From NCBI GenBank assembly GCA_964409385.1, contig CAYPCY010000001.1, forward strand, positions 232,546-296,545: a stretch of 64,000 nucleotides of DNA, given 5' to 3'. The stretch is from an uncultured Methanosarcinales archaeon (GTDB lineage: Archaea; Nanobdellota; Nanobdellia; Woesearchaeales; CAYPCY01). The first letter of the stretch is position 1, and the number at the start of each line of letters is the position of its first letter. A program made the translations under genes and the position numbers. This document shows positions 40,726 to 51,392 of the stretch, one piece after another. Under the pieces are notes generated by a model that saw only the letters and a program-made list of their open reading frames with translations, did no database searches and was not told where the DNA came from.

Positions 40726-41141
40726 ATTGCGACATGTGTGGACAAGAAAGTAAATTATTTACTATTGCTATTGAAAATTCTACTTTAAATGTTTGTAGTT
40801 CATGTTCTCAATATGGTTCTAGAATAAAGACAAAGATTGTTAAGAAACAAATTGATGAAATTCCTGAAATCATGACTGTTTTTTCTGAAGATTTTGGTAG
40901 TAGAATAAGACATGCTAGAGAATCTGAAGGGTTAAAACAAAAAGAACTAGCTTCTAAACTTGCTATTAAGGAAAGTTTACTTCATAATATAGAATCTGGA
41001 AAACATAATCCTGATAATAATTTAACTAAAAAAATTGAATCTTTCTTAAATATTAAAATTACCGAAAAAATTAAAGAAATAGAATTTACTAATGAAAAAA
41101 GTTCTAAATTAACTATTGGTGATTTGATAAAGAAATCTTGA
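40722..41141 (+). CDS. mbf1: Archaeal multiprotein bridging factor aMBF1
   Basis: CDMCG...VC-x-x-C zinc ribbon, HTH IR-x-ARE-x-x-GL-x-Q, TIGD tail. Confidence 0.92.
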   Translation: MNCDMCGQESKLFTIAIENSTLNVCSSCSQYGSRIKTKIVKKQIDEIPEIMTVFSEDFGSRIRHARESEGLKQKELASKLAIKESLLHNIESGKHNPDNNLTKKIESFLNIKITEKIKEIEFTNEKSSKLTIGDLIKKS

Positions 41142-42066
41142 AATAATCTATTGTTTTTTTCATTCCATCTTCAAAAGTTACTTGTGGTTCCCAGTTCAAA
41201 AGATTTTTTGCTTTTGTAATAGAAGGTTTTCTCCTTAAAGGATCATCTACAGGTAATGTTTTGAAAACAAATTCTGATTTTGAACCTGTTAATTTTACTA
41301 TTTGTTCTGCTATTTCCATTATTGATTTCTCATCAGGATTTCCTAGATTTATTGGTCCTGTTTCCCTTGAATTCATCATTTTATAAATTCCATTAATAAG
41401 ATCTGAAACGAAACATAAGCTCCTTGTTTGTTTTCCATCTCCATAAATTGTTAATCGTTCATTCTTTAATGCTTGAGTTATAAAATTACTAACAACTCTT
41501 CCATCATCACTATCCATGTTCGGACCGTAAGTATTGAATATTCTTATTATTGAAATTGGCAGTTTGAATTTTCTATGATAATCCATCATTAGAGTTTCAG
41601 CAACTCTCTTTCCCTCATCATAACATGCTCTGGGACCTAAGGTATTAACATTGCCTTTGTAATCTTCAGTTTGTGGTTGTACTTCTGGATCTCCATAAAT
41701 TTCTGAAGTTGACGCTTGTAATACTTTTGCCCCGTTAACTTTAGCAAATTCTAGAACATTAACTACTCCAACAGTATTTGCTTTTATTGTTTCTATTGGA
41801 TCAAATTGGTAATGTATTGGTGATGCTGGACATGCCAGATTGTATATTTCATCTATGTGTTCTTTGATTATTCCATTTAATGGTTTTGTAATATCATGCG
41901 CAATTACTTTAAAATTAGGATTGCCTTCTAATTCTTTAATGTTTTTTACTCTTCCAGTAAAAAAATTATCTAAACAAATTATTTTATTATTATTCTTTTC
42001 TAGTAAGAATTTGCACAAGTGACTTCCTATAAATCCTGCTCCACCAGTTACTAGTATTGTTTTCAT
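41113..42066 (-). CDS. UDP-glucuronate decarboxylase (UDP-xylose synthase) family SDR
   Basis: GGAGFIGSH, LACPASP-x-HYQ, ASTSE-x-YGDP, CYDEGKR, DGRVVSNF, DDP-x-x-R-x-P. Confidence 0.93.
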   Translation of the reverse strand: MKTILVTGGAGFIGSHLCKFLLEKNNNKIICLDNFFTGRVKNIKELEGNPNFKVIAHDITKPLNGIIKEHIDEIYNLACPASPIHYQFDPIETIKANTVGVVNVLEFAKVNGAKVLQASTSEIYGDPEVQPQTEDYKGNVNTLGPRACYDEGKRVAETLMMDYHRKFKLPISIIRIFNTYGPNMDSDDGRVVSNFITQALKNERLTIYGDGKQTRSLCFVSDLINGIYKMMNSRETGPINLGNPDEKSIMEIAEQIVKLTGSKSEFVFKTLPVDDPLRRKPSITKAKNLLNWEPQVTFEDGMKKTIDYFKISLSNHQ

Positions 42067-42138
42067 AATTAAAAGTAAAATATGTTAGTTTTTAAGTGTA
42101 ACTGTTAACTATTTAAACAGTATTAACTTAAACATTTC

Positions 42139-43377
42139 ATGAATATTTATTATTACTCTGAAGATTTAATCATGAATATAGGAATGGTTATTTTCTTTTT
42201 TGTTTTTGCCATGTTAGCAACAGTTTTTATTACTTTTTTAAAATCCGTAAGTATTAAGAAAGAGAAAAGGGATTTTCAACCTGGAATTTCAGTCTTAATT
42301 CCTGCATATAATGAAGAAGTTGTTATTAGACGAACTTTGAGAACTATTTTAAAGTCTGATTATGAGAATTTTGAGGTTATACTTATTGATGATGGATCCA
42401 CTGATAATACTATTAAGATTGCTGAGAAATTCAATATTAAAATTATTAATGGTAAACATAATGGTAAGTCTGAAGCTTTGAATCTTGGAATGAAGTTCGC
42501 AAAGTTTGATTTTATTGTTACTTTAGATGCTGATACTTTAGTAGATAAGAATTTTCTGAAAGAAATTATTAATCCTTTCTCTGATGATAATGTAGGTGCT
42601 ACTAATGGCATTGCTTTTATCAGACCCTTAAACATTATTGAACATTTTCAAGCTGTAGAGTTTTATTTTAATAATCTTATAAGAAATTCTTTTTCTAAGG
42701 TTTTTAATAATGGAATTTGGTTTTTTGGTGCTGCCGCTTGTTTTAGAAAGAGTGTTTTGGAAGATCTTAATGGTTTTTCTACTAAAGTCTTAACTGAGGA
42801 CATGGATATTTCTTTGAGGATTTTTGAGCATGGTTTTAAGGTTTTAACTGTTGAAACTTCTTATTATCATACTAGGGCTGCTAAAAATTTAAAGGAGTTG
42901 TTTGTTCAGAGGATGCGTTGGTTCTTTGGTGGTTTACAGTGTATGAGATTACATAAGAAATTATTAAGAAGAAAATCTTTCGCTGTTAAATATTTATTTT
43001 TTAATCAGTGGTTTTGGGCTTTTTTCTCAATAATTATTATTCCTTTAGTTATTTACGAGGTTAATTTTTGGATGCCTATTGGTTTTTTAAACATTTTTAA
43101 TTATTTATTTCGTTGGTTTAGTTTTTTAGGTCCTGTTTATGTATTATACATGCTTCCTGTTTGGGGTTTGAATTTTATTAACATATTCGGAGTATTTGCA
43201 GGCATTATAACTACTATTTTAATATTAAGTTCTATAATCAAGTTTAAAGGGAAAATAACTTTTTCCAAAGTATTAATTGCTTTCTTTTACTTTCCTTATA
43301 CTCTTATTTTAAATACTATTTTAGTAACTGCTGTCTTTAAACATGGTTTTAGTAAAAAGAAATATTTTAAGAATTAA
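42139..43377 (+). CDS. Processive GT2 glycosyltransferase
   Basis: IPAYNE, DDGS, DAD, TED, QRMRW, C-terminal TMs. Confidence 0.92.
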   Translation: MNIYYYSEDLIMNIGMVIFFFVFAMLATVFITFLKSVSIKKEKRDFQPGISVLIPAYNEEVVIRRTLRTILKSDYENFEVILIDDGSTDNTIKIAEKFNIKIINGKHNGKSEALNLGMKFAKFDFIVTLDADTLVDKNFLKEIINPFSDDNVGATNGIAFIRPLNIIEHFQAVEFYFNNLIRNSFSKVFNNGIWFFGAAACFRKSVLEDLNGFSTKVLTEDMDISLRIFEHGFKVLTVETSYYHTRAAKNLKELFVQRMRWFFGGLQCMRLHKKLLRRKSFAVKYLFFNQWFWAFFSIIIIPLVIYEVNFWMPIGFLNIFNYLFRWFSFLGPVYVLYMLPVWGLNFINIFGVFAGIITTILILSSIIKFKGKITFSKVLIAFFYFPYTLILNTILVTAVFKHGFSKKKYFKN

Positions 43378-43600
43378 AGTAAATAATAAATCCTGTAATT
43401 GTTAATATTATTGCTGTAATACTAATTACTAACGCGGTTATTGCATATCCTTTTCCTGAATACTTTTTTGGATGTTTTTCTATTAGTTTCAAAGCTTTGA
43501 AAGCCATAAATATAGAAACTAAAGTGAATCCTATGTTAAATAGTGGAATAAAAAACCCTAAACTTAAGAAGAAAGCTGTCTTTGCATGAAACTTATCCAT
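43367..43600 (-). CDS. DUF4190-like small membrane protein
   Basis: AL-x-x-I...GKGYAI-x-AL-x-IS. Confidence 0.7.
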   Translation of the reverse strand: MDKFHAKTAFFLSLGFFIPLFNIGFTLVSIFMAFKALKLIEKHPKKYSGKGYAITALVISITAIILTITGFIIYFNS

Positions 43601-44915
43601 TTTGGTTTCCGTGTTTTGCTAATATAAACCATTGCATTGGTCTATTAAACAATGCTTTTAAAACACCTTTAGTAACATAAAGAATTACTATTAATCCTAC
43701 TGAGAATGATGCTATTATCATTCTGGGAATTTCTCTTGCTTTTTTTGACATTACTAGAGTTATTATTCCTGTTAATAAAAATCCTGAAGTTAATAATATA
43801 TTCATTGTAGTTTCTGAAAAGAATTTTATCCACTGTACTGCTTCTGGTCTGTGTGTTAGTATTGATAAGAACCCTGTTACTCCTAATGAAAAAAACAATA
43901 TTGTTATCAAATATCCTGATAGTAGCATTATAACATTCAGAGAGTGTTTAGGTGCTTTCCAGAGTATTCCTCCAAAATGAAGTTTTAAAGCTTTAATTAC
44001 TCCATATGCCCATCTCATTTGTTGTTTTCCCAAGTCTCTTAATGTAAATGGTGTTTCACAATCACATTCTAAACTTTCTAAATAAGTTATTTTTTTTTCT
44101 GCTTTAGTTAGTCTTAATGAATATTCTATATCTTCAGTTAGTGCTCCTCTTCTCCAGCCACCCATATTAATTAGTGTTTTCTTCCTAACTGCTTCTGCAC
44201 TTCCTGCAATAAAACCATTACCACCAGTCCTCATTAGAAAGGGTAATGCTAACATATGAGAAAACATAGGTATTAAACCCCCAACTACTGAAACAATATT
44301 TTGTGAAAAATTCTTTATTCTCCATCTAGCCTGCACAGCATCTATTTTATTATTATGAACAAAAGGAGCTATTATTCTTCTCAAGAAATCTTTTTTTGGA
44401 AGAAAATCAGAGTCAAAAACTACAATATAATCTCCCTTAGTAAATTTTAACATATGATTTAAATTTCCTGGTTTGAAACCTATATTATTTCCTCTGCTTG
44501 TTACTTTAATACCATTCCATTTTGCAAATTCGTTGATTTTTCTAGAAACTTCTTTTTCAGAACTATCATTTCCTATTATAATTTCATATTTATCCTTAGG
44601 ATAATCAAATTCCAAACATTTTTTTGCACAATTTAATGCTGCTAATTCATTATATGTTGGTATTTGTACTGTTACAAAAGGTAATTGAGAATTTTTAATT
44701 GGTCTTTCCCTAATTTTTCTCTTGTTTAATATTAAATATAAACTTATCAATAAATAGGTAAAAGTTAGTAATATAGTGAAATAAAGTAAAATATTAAATG
44801 TTCCATTAAAGAATCCGTGTATATAATCAAGTATTAATCTAGAATTCTGAATATAGAAATTATATACTGTCGTTCCTGTTTGCTCATAAAAGCTATATAT
44901 TTGGGCTAGGTTCAT
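43593..44915 (-). CDS. Processive GT2 glycosyltransferase (cellulose-synthase-like)
   Basis: VQIPTYNE, GFK-x-GNLN, FDSD, VQARW, TED, QQMRW. Confidence 0.92.
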   Translation of the reverse strand: MNLAQIYSFYEQTGTTVYNFYIQNSRLILDYIHGFFNGTFNILLYFTILLTFTYLLISLYLILNKRKIRERPIKNSQLPFVTVQIPTYNELAALNCAKKCLEFDYPKDKYEIIIGNDSSEKEVSRKINEFAKWNGIKVTSRGNNIGFKPGNLNHMLKFTKGDYIVVFDSDFLPKKDFLRRIIAPFVHNNKIDAVQARWRIKNFSQNIVSVVGGLIPMFSHMLALPFLMRTGGNGFIAGSAEAVRKKTLINMGGWRRGALTEDIEYSLRLTKAEKKITYLESLECDCETPFTLRDLGKQQMRWAYGVIKALKLHFGGILWKAPKHSLNVIMLLSGYLITILFFSLGVTGFLSILTHRPEAVQWIKFFSETTMNILLTSGFLLTGIITLVMSKKAREIPRMIIASFSVGLIVILYVTKGVLKALFNRPMQWFILAKHGNQNG

Positions 44916-46039
44916 TTTTCATACTCCCATATCTCGTCAACTTTTGAAGAGTATGACCTTTTAAAATTTTTGCTATTCTCAAGCAGGAAATAGAGTTTTT
45001 CATTGTTAGGCCAGTATTTATTCTTTATTTCCTTATCTATATAAATATATTTTATTCCTGTTCTATTAAATTCTTCTTTAATAAAATCAATATTATTTGC
45101 ATAATAGTATTCTTTAATTTTTGTTTCGTTAGTGTAAACATTATCTAGATAGTATTGGAACCAAATAATATATTCTTGAGGAACTAATACTTTTTCTTTA
45201 TCTTTAAGCCATGCAATACTATTTAACATTTCATCTGTAGGGTTAGCCTTCAATATATTTCCACTCTGAACAAGAAATGAAAATAAAATTCCGCAAATTA
45301 CTAGTACAAAAGTTGTTTTTTTTAATAATTCTAAAGACCATTTTCTTTCATGAAGCCATTTTAAGAATTCTCCTGCATAGTATACTCCTACAATTCCAAC
45401 AAATATTCTTGCTTCTTTAATAAATATTGAAAAAAGAAGTATTAGTAAAAACATAATATTTTCTTGTTTATGTTCTCTCCAAGTATTAAAAATCCCAAAT
45501 ATTACTAGTAAAAAAGCAAACAGGCCAATTCCTAAAATAACTCCTAGATCAGCAAAATATATTGTTTTTTCAATAGTTAAATTTGTTATATTAATTAATA
45601 AAAATAAACTAGCAAGTAAACTTCCAAAAAAATATTTTTTTAATTCTTTCTTTTTCATTGAAGGCAGTGCTAAAAGACTTGCTAATATGAAGTAAGGCCA
45701 TTTTATTGCTAAAGTTGCAGCTAGAAAAATAAAACCATAAGGTTTTTTTCGGAAATTATAATATATTGCTAATAAGGTTATTGCTAGAATATCCATTGAA
45801 AGGTTTGAGGCTAAGTATGCTAGGGTTGTTGAAGAAATTATCATTAAAAAGGTGAAATAATTACTTTTAGTTTTATTGTATGCTATGAATAATATAATAA
45901 CTCCTAATAATATTGCTATATCTTTCGCTAATATTAAGTCAAGTCCTAATTCATAAGTTTCAATTCCTGGAGGTGCTTCTCTTATTAAAGGTAAGAACAA
46001 CAATAAAATTCCTATTATTAATAATATTTTTCTAATCAT
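44912..46039 (-). CDS. Polytopic membrane protein, GT-C-like
   Basis: Many TMs plus a soluble C-terminal domain (WLK...GIKYIYID). Confidence 0.6.
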   Translation of the reverse strand: MIRKILLIIGILLLFLPLIREAPPGIETYELGLDLILAKDIAILLGVIILFIAYNKTKSNYFTFLMIISSTTLAYLASNLSMDILAITLLAIYYNFRKKPYGFIFLAATLAIKWPYFILASLLALPSMKKKELKKYFFGSLLASLFLLINITNLTIEKTIYFADLGVILGIGLFAFLLVIFGIFNTWREHKQENIMFLLILLFSIFIKEARIFVGIVGVYYAGEFLKWLHERKWSLELLKKTTFVLVICGILFSFLVQSGNILKANPTDEMLNSIAWLKDKEKVLVPQEYIIWFQYYLDNVYTNETKIKEYYYANNIDFIKEEFNRTGIKYIYIDKEIKNKYWPNNEKLYFLLENSKNFKRSYSSKVDEIWEYEK

Positions 46040-47504
46040 TTTTTAGTCTGCATTCTGATTTGTAAATTTTCGTTTTTTTATTATATACTAGTTCAAAACA
46101 AGGATCATTAAGATAAGTTAATTCACCATATTTTTCTCTCGAATTTTCAGTTATCATAATATAATCTATTTCGTACTTGTTCAATAATTGTATTGCTGTC
46201 GTTTTGAAAGGTGTTTTATACATCATATTCACGTCTTTCAGTCTTTGCCCTGGATTTGGAGCTAACAAGAAATTAGTATCTATAATATTTCTTCTATTTC
46301 CAAAATAACTTATTAAATTTCCTTCATTTAATGTTCCTAAAACTATTGAATTTTCAGGAGTGTTTTCTAACCAATTTAACGCATTCACATCATAATCTTC
46401 TACTTTCTTGGAAGCAACACTTATTGTTGGTAAGATAGTTGTTAAAAACAATAATAATAATATTAAAGGAATATAAATTTTTGAAATTTTGCCTTTTATT
46501 TTATTAACATAATTTGTTGAAATTTGTAGTCCTTTACTTGCTAGTATGAATAGTATAAAACTAAACAATATTATTCCTTGTTGGAAAGAAAATAATTTCA
46601 ACCATAATAAAATAAAAAATGATATTACAAAACTTATTATTAAAAAATTATTTTTAATTCTTCTTCTAACAAAATTATTATATATTGTTATAATTCCTAA
46701 AATTAAGGGTATTATACTAATACTAAATACTATTTCGAAAAAACTAACTTGTTGAAAATAATTCTTTATTATATCAACAGGAATATTTTGTGTTATTACT
46801 CCCAAACCATGAGTTGTTATTGTATTTTTAAATATTAAAAAATTAGCCCACAAAATAAAAACAGTACTGAATATCATTGTTTCCACTTCTTCAATTCTAA
46901 CTCTTAAATTTTCCAGTTTTAACATTACAATATATATTAAAAATCCTAATACTAAAATTAGTGAAAAAGGAGTTGTCAAAACTAACAATGTTAATACTAA
47001 TAAGTATTTTGTCAAATTTTTATGATCTTTTAATCTCATAAAATAAAATATGGCCAGGAAAAAGAGTATTATTGAAAGGCTTAACGAACCAATACTATTT
47101 ATTGTTGCAGAATAAAATGCTGGAATAAATCCTGAGAAGAAACTCATTATTAATGCAATTTTACTGTTTGTTAATTCTTTAGTTACTAAAAATATAGGTA
47201 TTATTACTAAACTAGCTAGTATTGCATTAATAAATTTGACAGCTAATATTATTGGGAAGAGTAATGAAAATAAGGCCATTAAATAATAATATAATGGACT
47301 AGTTTCATGATAATTACCTGAAAAACTTAAATCATCTTGATATAATAAAAAACCAGTATTTTTCACACTTTCTACTTGTCTTAACTCAAAATATGAATCA
47401 GGGGTTAAATTTACTGTTTGAAAACCATAATATAATCGTAATATTAGTATTAATAATACAAAAATACCTAATAAAACTTGATAATTTCTTGTTTTTTCGT
47501 TCAT
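46032..47504 (-). CDS. Polytopic membrane protein, GT-C/STT3-like
   Basis: DSYF-x-LR first loop, PLYY, ALNWL-x-NTPEN, Y-x-IDYI. Confidence 0.7.
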   Translation of the reverse strand: MNEKTRNYQVLLGIFVLLILILRLYYGFQTVNLTPDSYFELRQVESVKNTGFLLYQDDLSFSGNYHETSPLYYYLMALFSLLFPIILAVKFINAILASLVIIPIFLVTKELTNSKIALIMSFFSGFIPAFYSATINSIGSLSLSIILFFLAIFYFMRLKDHKNLTKYLLVLTLLVLTTPFSLILVLGFLIYIVMLKLENLRVRIEEVETMIFSTVFILWANFLIFKNTITTHGLGVITQNIPVDIIKNYFQQVSFFEIVFSISIIPLILGIITIYNNFVRRRIKNNFLIISFVISFFILLWLKLFSFQQGIILFSFILFILASKGLQISTNYVNKIKGKISKIYIPLILLLLFLTTILPTISVASKKVEDYDVNALNWLENTPENSIVLGTLNEGNLISYFGNRRNIIDTNFLLAPNPGQRLKDVNMMYKTPFKTTAIQLLNKYEIDYIMITENSREKYGELTYLNDPCFELVYNKKTKIYKSECRLKND

Positions 47505-47557
47505 TTACTGCCTTGAAACCAAAAGCAATATAAAAAAATACTCTTTTTTAGGGTGTT

Positions 47558-48238
47558 ATGGACGAAAAACTTCTTATTCAAGACCATTTTTTATCTTCTT
47601 TACTAGATGGGGGGTTTGAAAAAAGTATTATTACAACAATTTATGGCCCTGCAAGTTCTGGAAAAACAACAATTTGCATGCTTTCGAGCATTTCATGCAT
47701 TAATTCAGGGAAAAAAGTGTTATTTGTTGATTCTGAAAGAGGATTTTCAATCAATAGATTTAGTCAGTTAAGTCCTAATTTTAAAGAACTTTTAGAGAAT
47801 GTTATTTTTTTCAATCCTTCTGATTTTGAAGATCAACATAGACTAATTTCCCAATTAGAAAAAGTGATTAATAATGTTGGATTAATAGTTGTTGATACTA
47901 TTAGTTTTCTTTACAGAATCGCAATTGCAAACAGGAGCGAAATTAAGCGATTAAATAATATTTTAATTTCACAAATGGGAATTCTTCAAAGTTTGGCTTC
48001 AAGATTTAACATTCCCATAATTGTTTCTAGCCAGGTTTATTCTAGTTTTGAAGAAAAAGATAAAGTTAATATTGTTGGGGGTGAAATTTTAAAATTTGCA
48101 AGTAAATGTTTGATAGAACTCTCTCCTAAAAAAGCAATTCTTGAAAAACATAGATCAATTCCCTTTAAAGAAATGGAGTTTGAAATTATTAGTGAAGGAT
48201 TTAAACATTATTCTTCAGTGAAATCTTCTAATGTATAA
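47558..48238 (+). CDS. radB: DNA repair protein RadB
   Basis: LLDGGFE, YGPASSGKT, VD-x-E-x-GFS, LEKHRS basic patch. Confidence 0.92.
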   Translation: MDEKLLIQDHFLSSLLDGGFEKSIITTIYGPASSGKTTICMLSSISCINSGKKVLFVDSERGFSINRFSQLSPNFKELLENVIFFNPSDFEDQHRLISQLEKVINNVGLIVVDTISFLYRIAIANRSEIKRLNNILISQMGILQSLASRFNIPIIVSSQVYSSFEEKDKVNIVGGEILKFASKCLIELSPKKAILEKHRSIPFKEMEFEIISEGFKHYSSVKSSNV

Positions 48239-48789
48239 GAAAATTTTTCTTTCTTGCCCTTTAGTAATTCTTTTGCTAGTATAAAAAACATTAAACCTAA
48301 TGATTTTTTACCTTTATTATTACAAGGTATTACTAAATCTATATTATTAGTTTGATTATTCGTGTCACAAAATGAAACTATTGGTATTCCTATCTTTCTC
48401 GCATCTTCAATAGCATTCCTATCAGGCCAGGAATCTGTAGCTATTAAGACTTTAGCTTCAATGAACGTTCTTAAATTTGGATTTGTTAACAATCCTGGAG
48501 GATATCTTCCAACTGAAATTCTTGTTCCTGTAGCTTTTCCAAATGCTTTTACTGGTTTCCAACCATTTTCTCTTCTTGAAACAATAAGAACATCTTCTGG
48601 TTCGTAATTTTTTAGGAAGTTTATTAGAATTTTTAGTCTGTCATTTATACTTTGAACATTTAATACTGAAAGTCCATCACCTCTAGTTTTGTAAATAAAA
48701 TTTTCCATATACTTAGTTTTAAATTTAGTTCCTATATGAACTCCTGCTTTTAAGTATTCATCATTTGGTACTAATAATTGTTCAGTCAT
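48208..48789 (-). CDS. rps2: 30S ribosomal protein uS2 (archaeal type)
   Basis: YLKAGVHIGT, GR-x-x-PG-x-LTN, CDTNN, IPCNNKG. Confidence 0.96.
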   Translation of the reverse strand: MTEQLLVPNDEYLKAGVHIGTKFKTKYMENFIYKTRGDGLSVLNVQSINDRLKILINFLKNYEPEDVLIVSRRENGWKPVKAFGKATGTRISVGRYPPGLLTNPNLRTFIEAKVLIATDSWPDRNAIEDARKIGIPIVSFCDTNNQTNNIDLVIPCNNKGKKSLGLMFFILAKELLKGKKEKFSYTLEDFTEE

Positions 48790-48872
48790 GCCTTTTTGGA
48801 AAAGAGTTTTGTTTATAAATTTAATGTCTGATTAGGATATACTTTTTTAATATGCTTAGTATTCGCTAGATT

Positions 48873-49397
48873 ATGAAGAATTATGTTTTAATTCGAGGAC
48901 CTGTTTGTTCTGGAAAGAGTAGTCTTGCTAGACATTTATCAAATAAAATTGCAGATTGTTATTTTGAAATTAATAAAGAAATTAATTTTTCATTACATAC
49001 TGCATATCTTTTAAATTTTGAAAATTTCAGAAGTAGGAATGTTAGTAAAAATTCAAATTTTCAAAATAATGATATGGCAACTAAATTATTAGTTCCTTAT
49101 TTGAATTTAAACATTAAAATGTTTACTCCTGTGATTGAAGGGTTATTTCAGGAAGATAAACTTGTTCAATACTTAAAAAATAATCTTAAGGGCAAAGGAT
49201 TATTAGTAAGACTTTCTCCTTCTCTTGATGTTTGTATTGAAAGAAATAATTTGAAAATAAACTCATTGGATAATAACACGATTGAAAAATCACATGCTAA
49301 TTTAAAATATTCGTGTATTAATGAGCTTGTTATTGATAATACTAATTTATCTATTGGAGATACTGCAAACAAAGTTTTTTCTTACTTTTCATTATAA
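48873..49397 (+). CDS. P-loop kinase-like protein (AAA_33/nucleotide kinase fold)
   Basis: IRGPVCSGKS, VCIERN lid, IDNT. Confidence 0.75.
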   Translation: MKNYVLIRGPVCSGKSSLARHLSNKIADCYFEINKEINFSLHTAYLLNFENFRSRNVSKNSNFQNNDMATKLLVPYLNLNIKMFTPVIEGLFQEDKLVQYLKNNLKGKGLLVRLSPSLDVCIERNNLKINSLDNNTIEKSHANLKYSCINELVIDNTNLSIGDTANKVFSYFSL

Positions 49398-49655
49398 GTC
49401 AAAATCAATATCTTTTCCAAACTCTTCAGAATCAGTTATTGTTTCGTCAAATTTGGGTTTTTCTTTTGCTCTTTCTGCGAAACCCATTTTTGGAAGGATC
49501 TTAGTTACTTTAACCCTTAATTTTTCTCCTTTTTTAGTTCCTGAAACAAATAGAATGAAACCTTTTACTTTTGCTATTCCGTCGCCTTTCTCTCCAACAG
49601 AGTCAATGGTTACTATTAACTCTTCACCTTCACTTACAGGAACTTCATTACTCAT
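49392..49655 (-). CDS. Single TRAM domain RNA-binding protein
   Basis: PV-x-EGE...GEKGDGIAKVKGF-x-x-FV. Confidence 0.92.
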   Translation of the reverse strand: MSNEVPVSEGEELIVTIDSVGEKGDGIAKVKGFILFVSGTKKGEKLRVKVTKILPKMGFAERAKEKPKFDETITDSEEFGKDIDFDL

Positions 49656-49737
49656 TGATTGTTCCTCTAGAACTTTCCATCATTAATCAAGATAATTTCT
49701 TTATTATTTATAAGTTTTATTGTAAATTAACATAATA

Positions 49738-50856
49738 TTAATTGCCTGGAGCACAATCTTGATTATTTCCTCCAGCTTCAAAAATACAAACATTCTTCCA
49801 TTTTTGATAGGGATTTCCATGAATTACTGTTGCTGCACAACAAGATTGTCTACTTCCGTCTTCTTGTAATTTATAACTGCATTTATCTATGTCTGCAAGC
49901 CACAATGCGTTTTGATAATCTGAAGTGCTTTCATTCTTTTCTTTTGACCAACACATTTCAAGGTCTGAAAATGTTTGATCATAACATTGTTCACCAACGA
50001 ATTCACATTGGTAATTTTCAAAAGAGTAAGCAAACATTTTCGGACACCAATAATTTTGTTCTGAACATATTTCTGGTTGTTCACTTCCTGTAAAATCATC
50101 AATATCATGTTCTGTTCCTATTGTAAAACAAGTAGGGTCTCCCTCTATTAATGCTACACATTCATCTACATTTTCACATTCTTTTTTTGCAAAAAATTCT
50201 TCTTCTTCACTTGCTGAAGATTCATCTATAACTGTGCCTATTATTGATTCTTCTTCAAATTCTATCATTATAATACCGCTTTTATCTGGTAGTTCAATTC
50301 CTGGCGCGCTCCTCATTGGTATTCCTCCTCTACACCATAATTTTAGTGGATAAGCTTCTTCATTTCCTAAATGGTTATTACTTTCTCCTGTTGATAAGCT
50401 AAGAATTGATAAATATTCATTATTTCCGTTAGTTTCAGGTTCTGTCTCACTCCATATACAATATATTCCTCCTGGTGCTTGAAAACTAGCATTTACCCAG
50501 TAAGGTTCGGAATATATTGTTGCAGCATGTGCATTTGTATTTCCTGAAAGTTTTAATAACGGTGCATTTCCCCAAATATCATCATTATTATAATTTGTTT
50601 CTTTTAATTCATCTCCTGTGCAACAAATATGAAATGGATAAATTACTATTTCTCCCGGAAAATCAAAATCTTTATTTTTTAAGGATGCGTGAGAGTTTGT
50701 ATCATTTTGTAAACTTAATAGTATCTCTTTCAAAAAACAAGCTCCTTCTAGATCGTCAGTTCCAAAATCACAAGAATGAAAAAATCTATTATCAACTGCA
50801 ACCGTAAAATTCATCATTATTAATATTAAGAGTATTAGGAGTTTTTTCATCCCCAT
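49738..50856 (-). CDS. Secreted Cys-rich protein
   Basis: Signal peptide; paired LKLSGNTNAHA / LSLSTGESNNHL motifs; many Cys. Confidence 0.7.
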   Translation of the reverse strand: MGMKKLLILLILIMMNFTVAVDNRFFHSCDFGTDDLEGACFLKEILLSLQNDTNSHASLKNKDFDFPGEIVIYPFHICCTGDELKETNYNNDDIWGNAPLLKLSGNTNAHAATIYSEPYWVNASFQAPGGIYCIWSETEPETNGNNEYLSILSLSTGESNNHLGNEEAYPLKLWCRGGIPMRSAPGIELPDKSGIIMIEFEEESIIGTVIDESSASEEEEFFAKKECENVDECVALIEGDPTCFTIGTEHDIDDFTGSEQPEICSEQNYWCPKMFAYSFENYQCEFVGEQCYDQTFSDLEMCWSKEKNESTSDYQNALWLADIDKCSYKLQEDGSRQSCCAATVIHGNPYQKWKNVCIFEAGGNNQDCAPGN

Positions 50857-51356
50857 ACCACCATTACCATTCTTACGGGTTTTCCTTTATAATTGACTAT
50901 TTTAGTATATTTTACTAGTGTTTTATCAAAATCTTCAACATCTATAAATGTAACTTCTATTTCTTCTACAAAATTTCCTATACAACATTCTAGTTCGTGA
51001 GTTTCATTGTAGGGAACAAGAACATTTGGTTGCATTAAGTTACAATAATAATTAGCTTCATCAATATGTGCTTCTGGAATTATGCATCCATTCTTTCCAT
51101 TACATCTAATGTCGCATTCTCCTTGTCTATTTGTACATTGTGGCGTGCAGCCTAATTCTGTACAGTCTGGATCTTTATTTCCTCCGTCACAAGTTGCGCC
51201 CCATGTTTCTGGACATATTCCATCTTCCACACCGCAGCAGTAATAATTTTCGCATAATTTAACTCCTCCGTCTTCATTACAAGTTGCAAAATCGTTTGCT
51301 CCTTGAACTAAGTATATGCTTACTGCTAGAATTAAAAATAACATCAACCTCTTCAT
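50847..51356 (-). CDS. Secreted Cys-rich protein
   Basis: Signal peptide; DGICP...DPDC; C-terminal GKPVRM-x-x-VVW. Confidence 0.7.
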   Translation of the reverse strand: MKRLMLFLILAVSIYLVQGANDFATCNEDGGVKLCENYYCCGVEDGICPETWGATCDGGNKDPDCTELGCTPQCTNRQGECDIRCNGKNGCIIPEAHIDEANYYCNLMQPNVLVPYNETHELECCIGNFVEEIEVTFIDVEDFDKTLVKYTKIVNYKGKPVRMVMVVWG

Positions 51357-51392
51357 TAATCAGAAATACAAGAAAATAATATATAAAACTTG

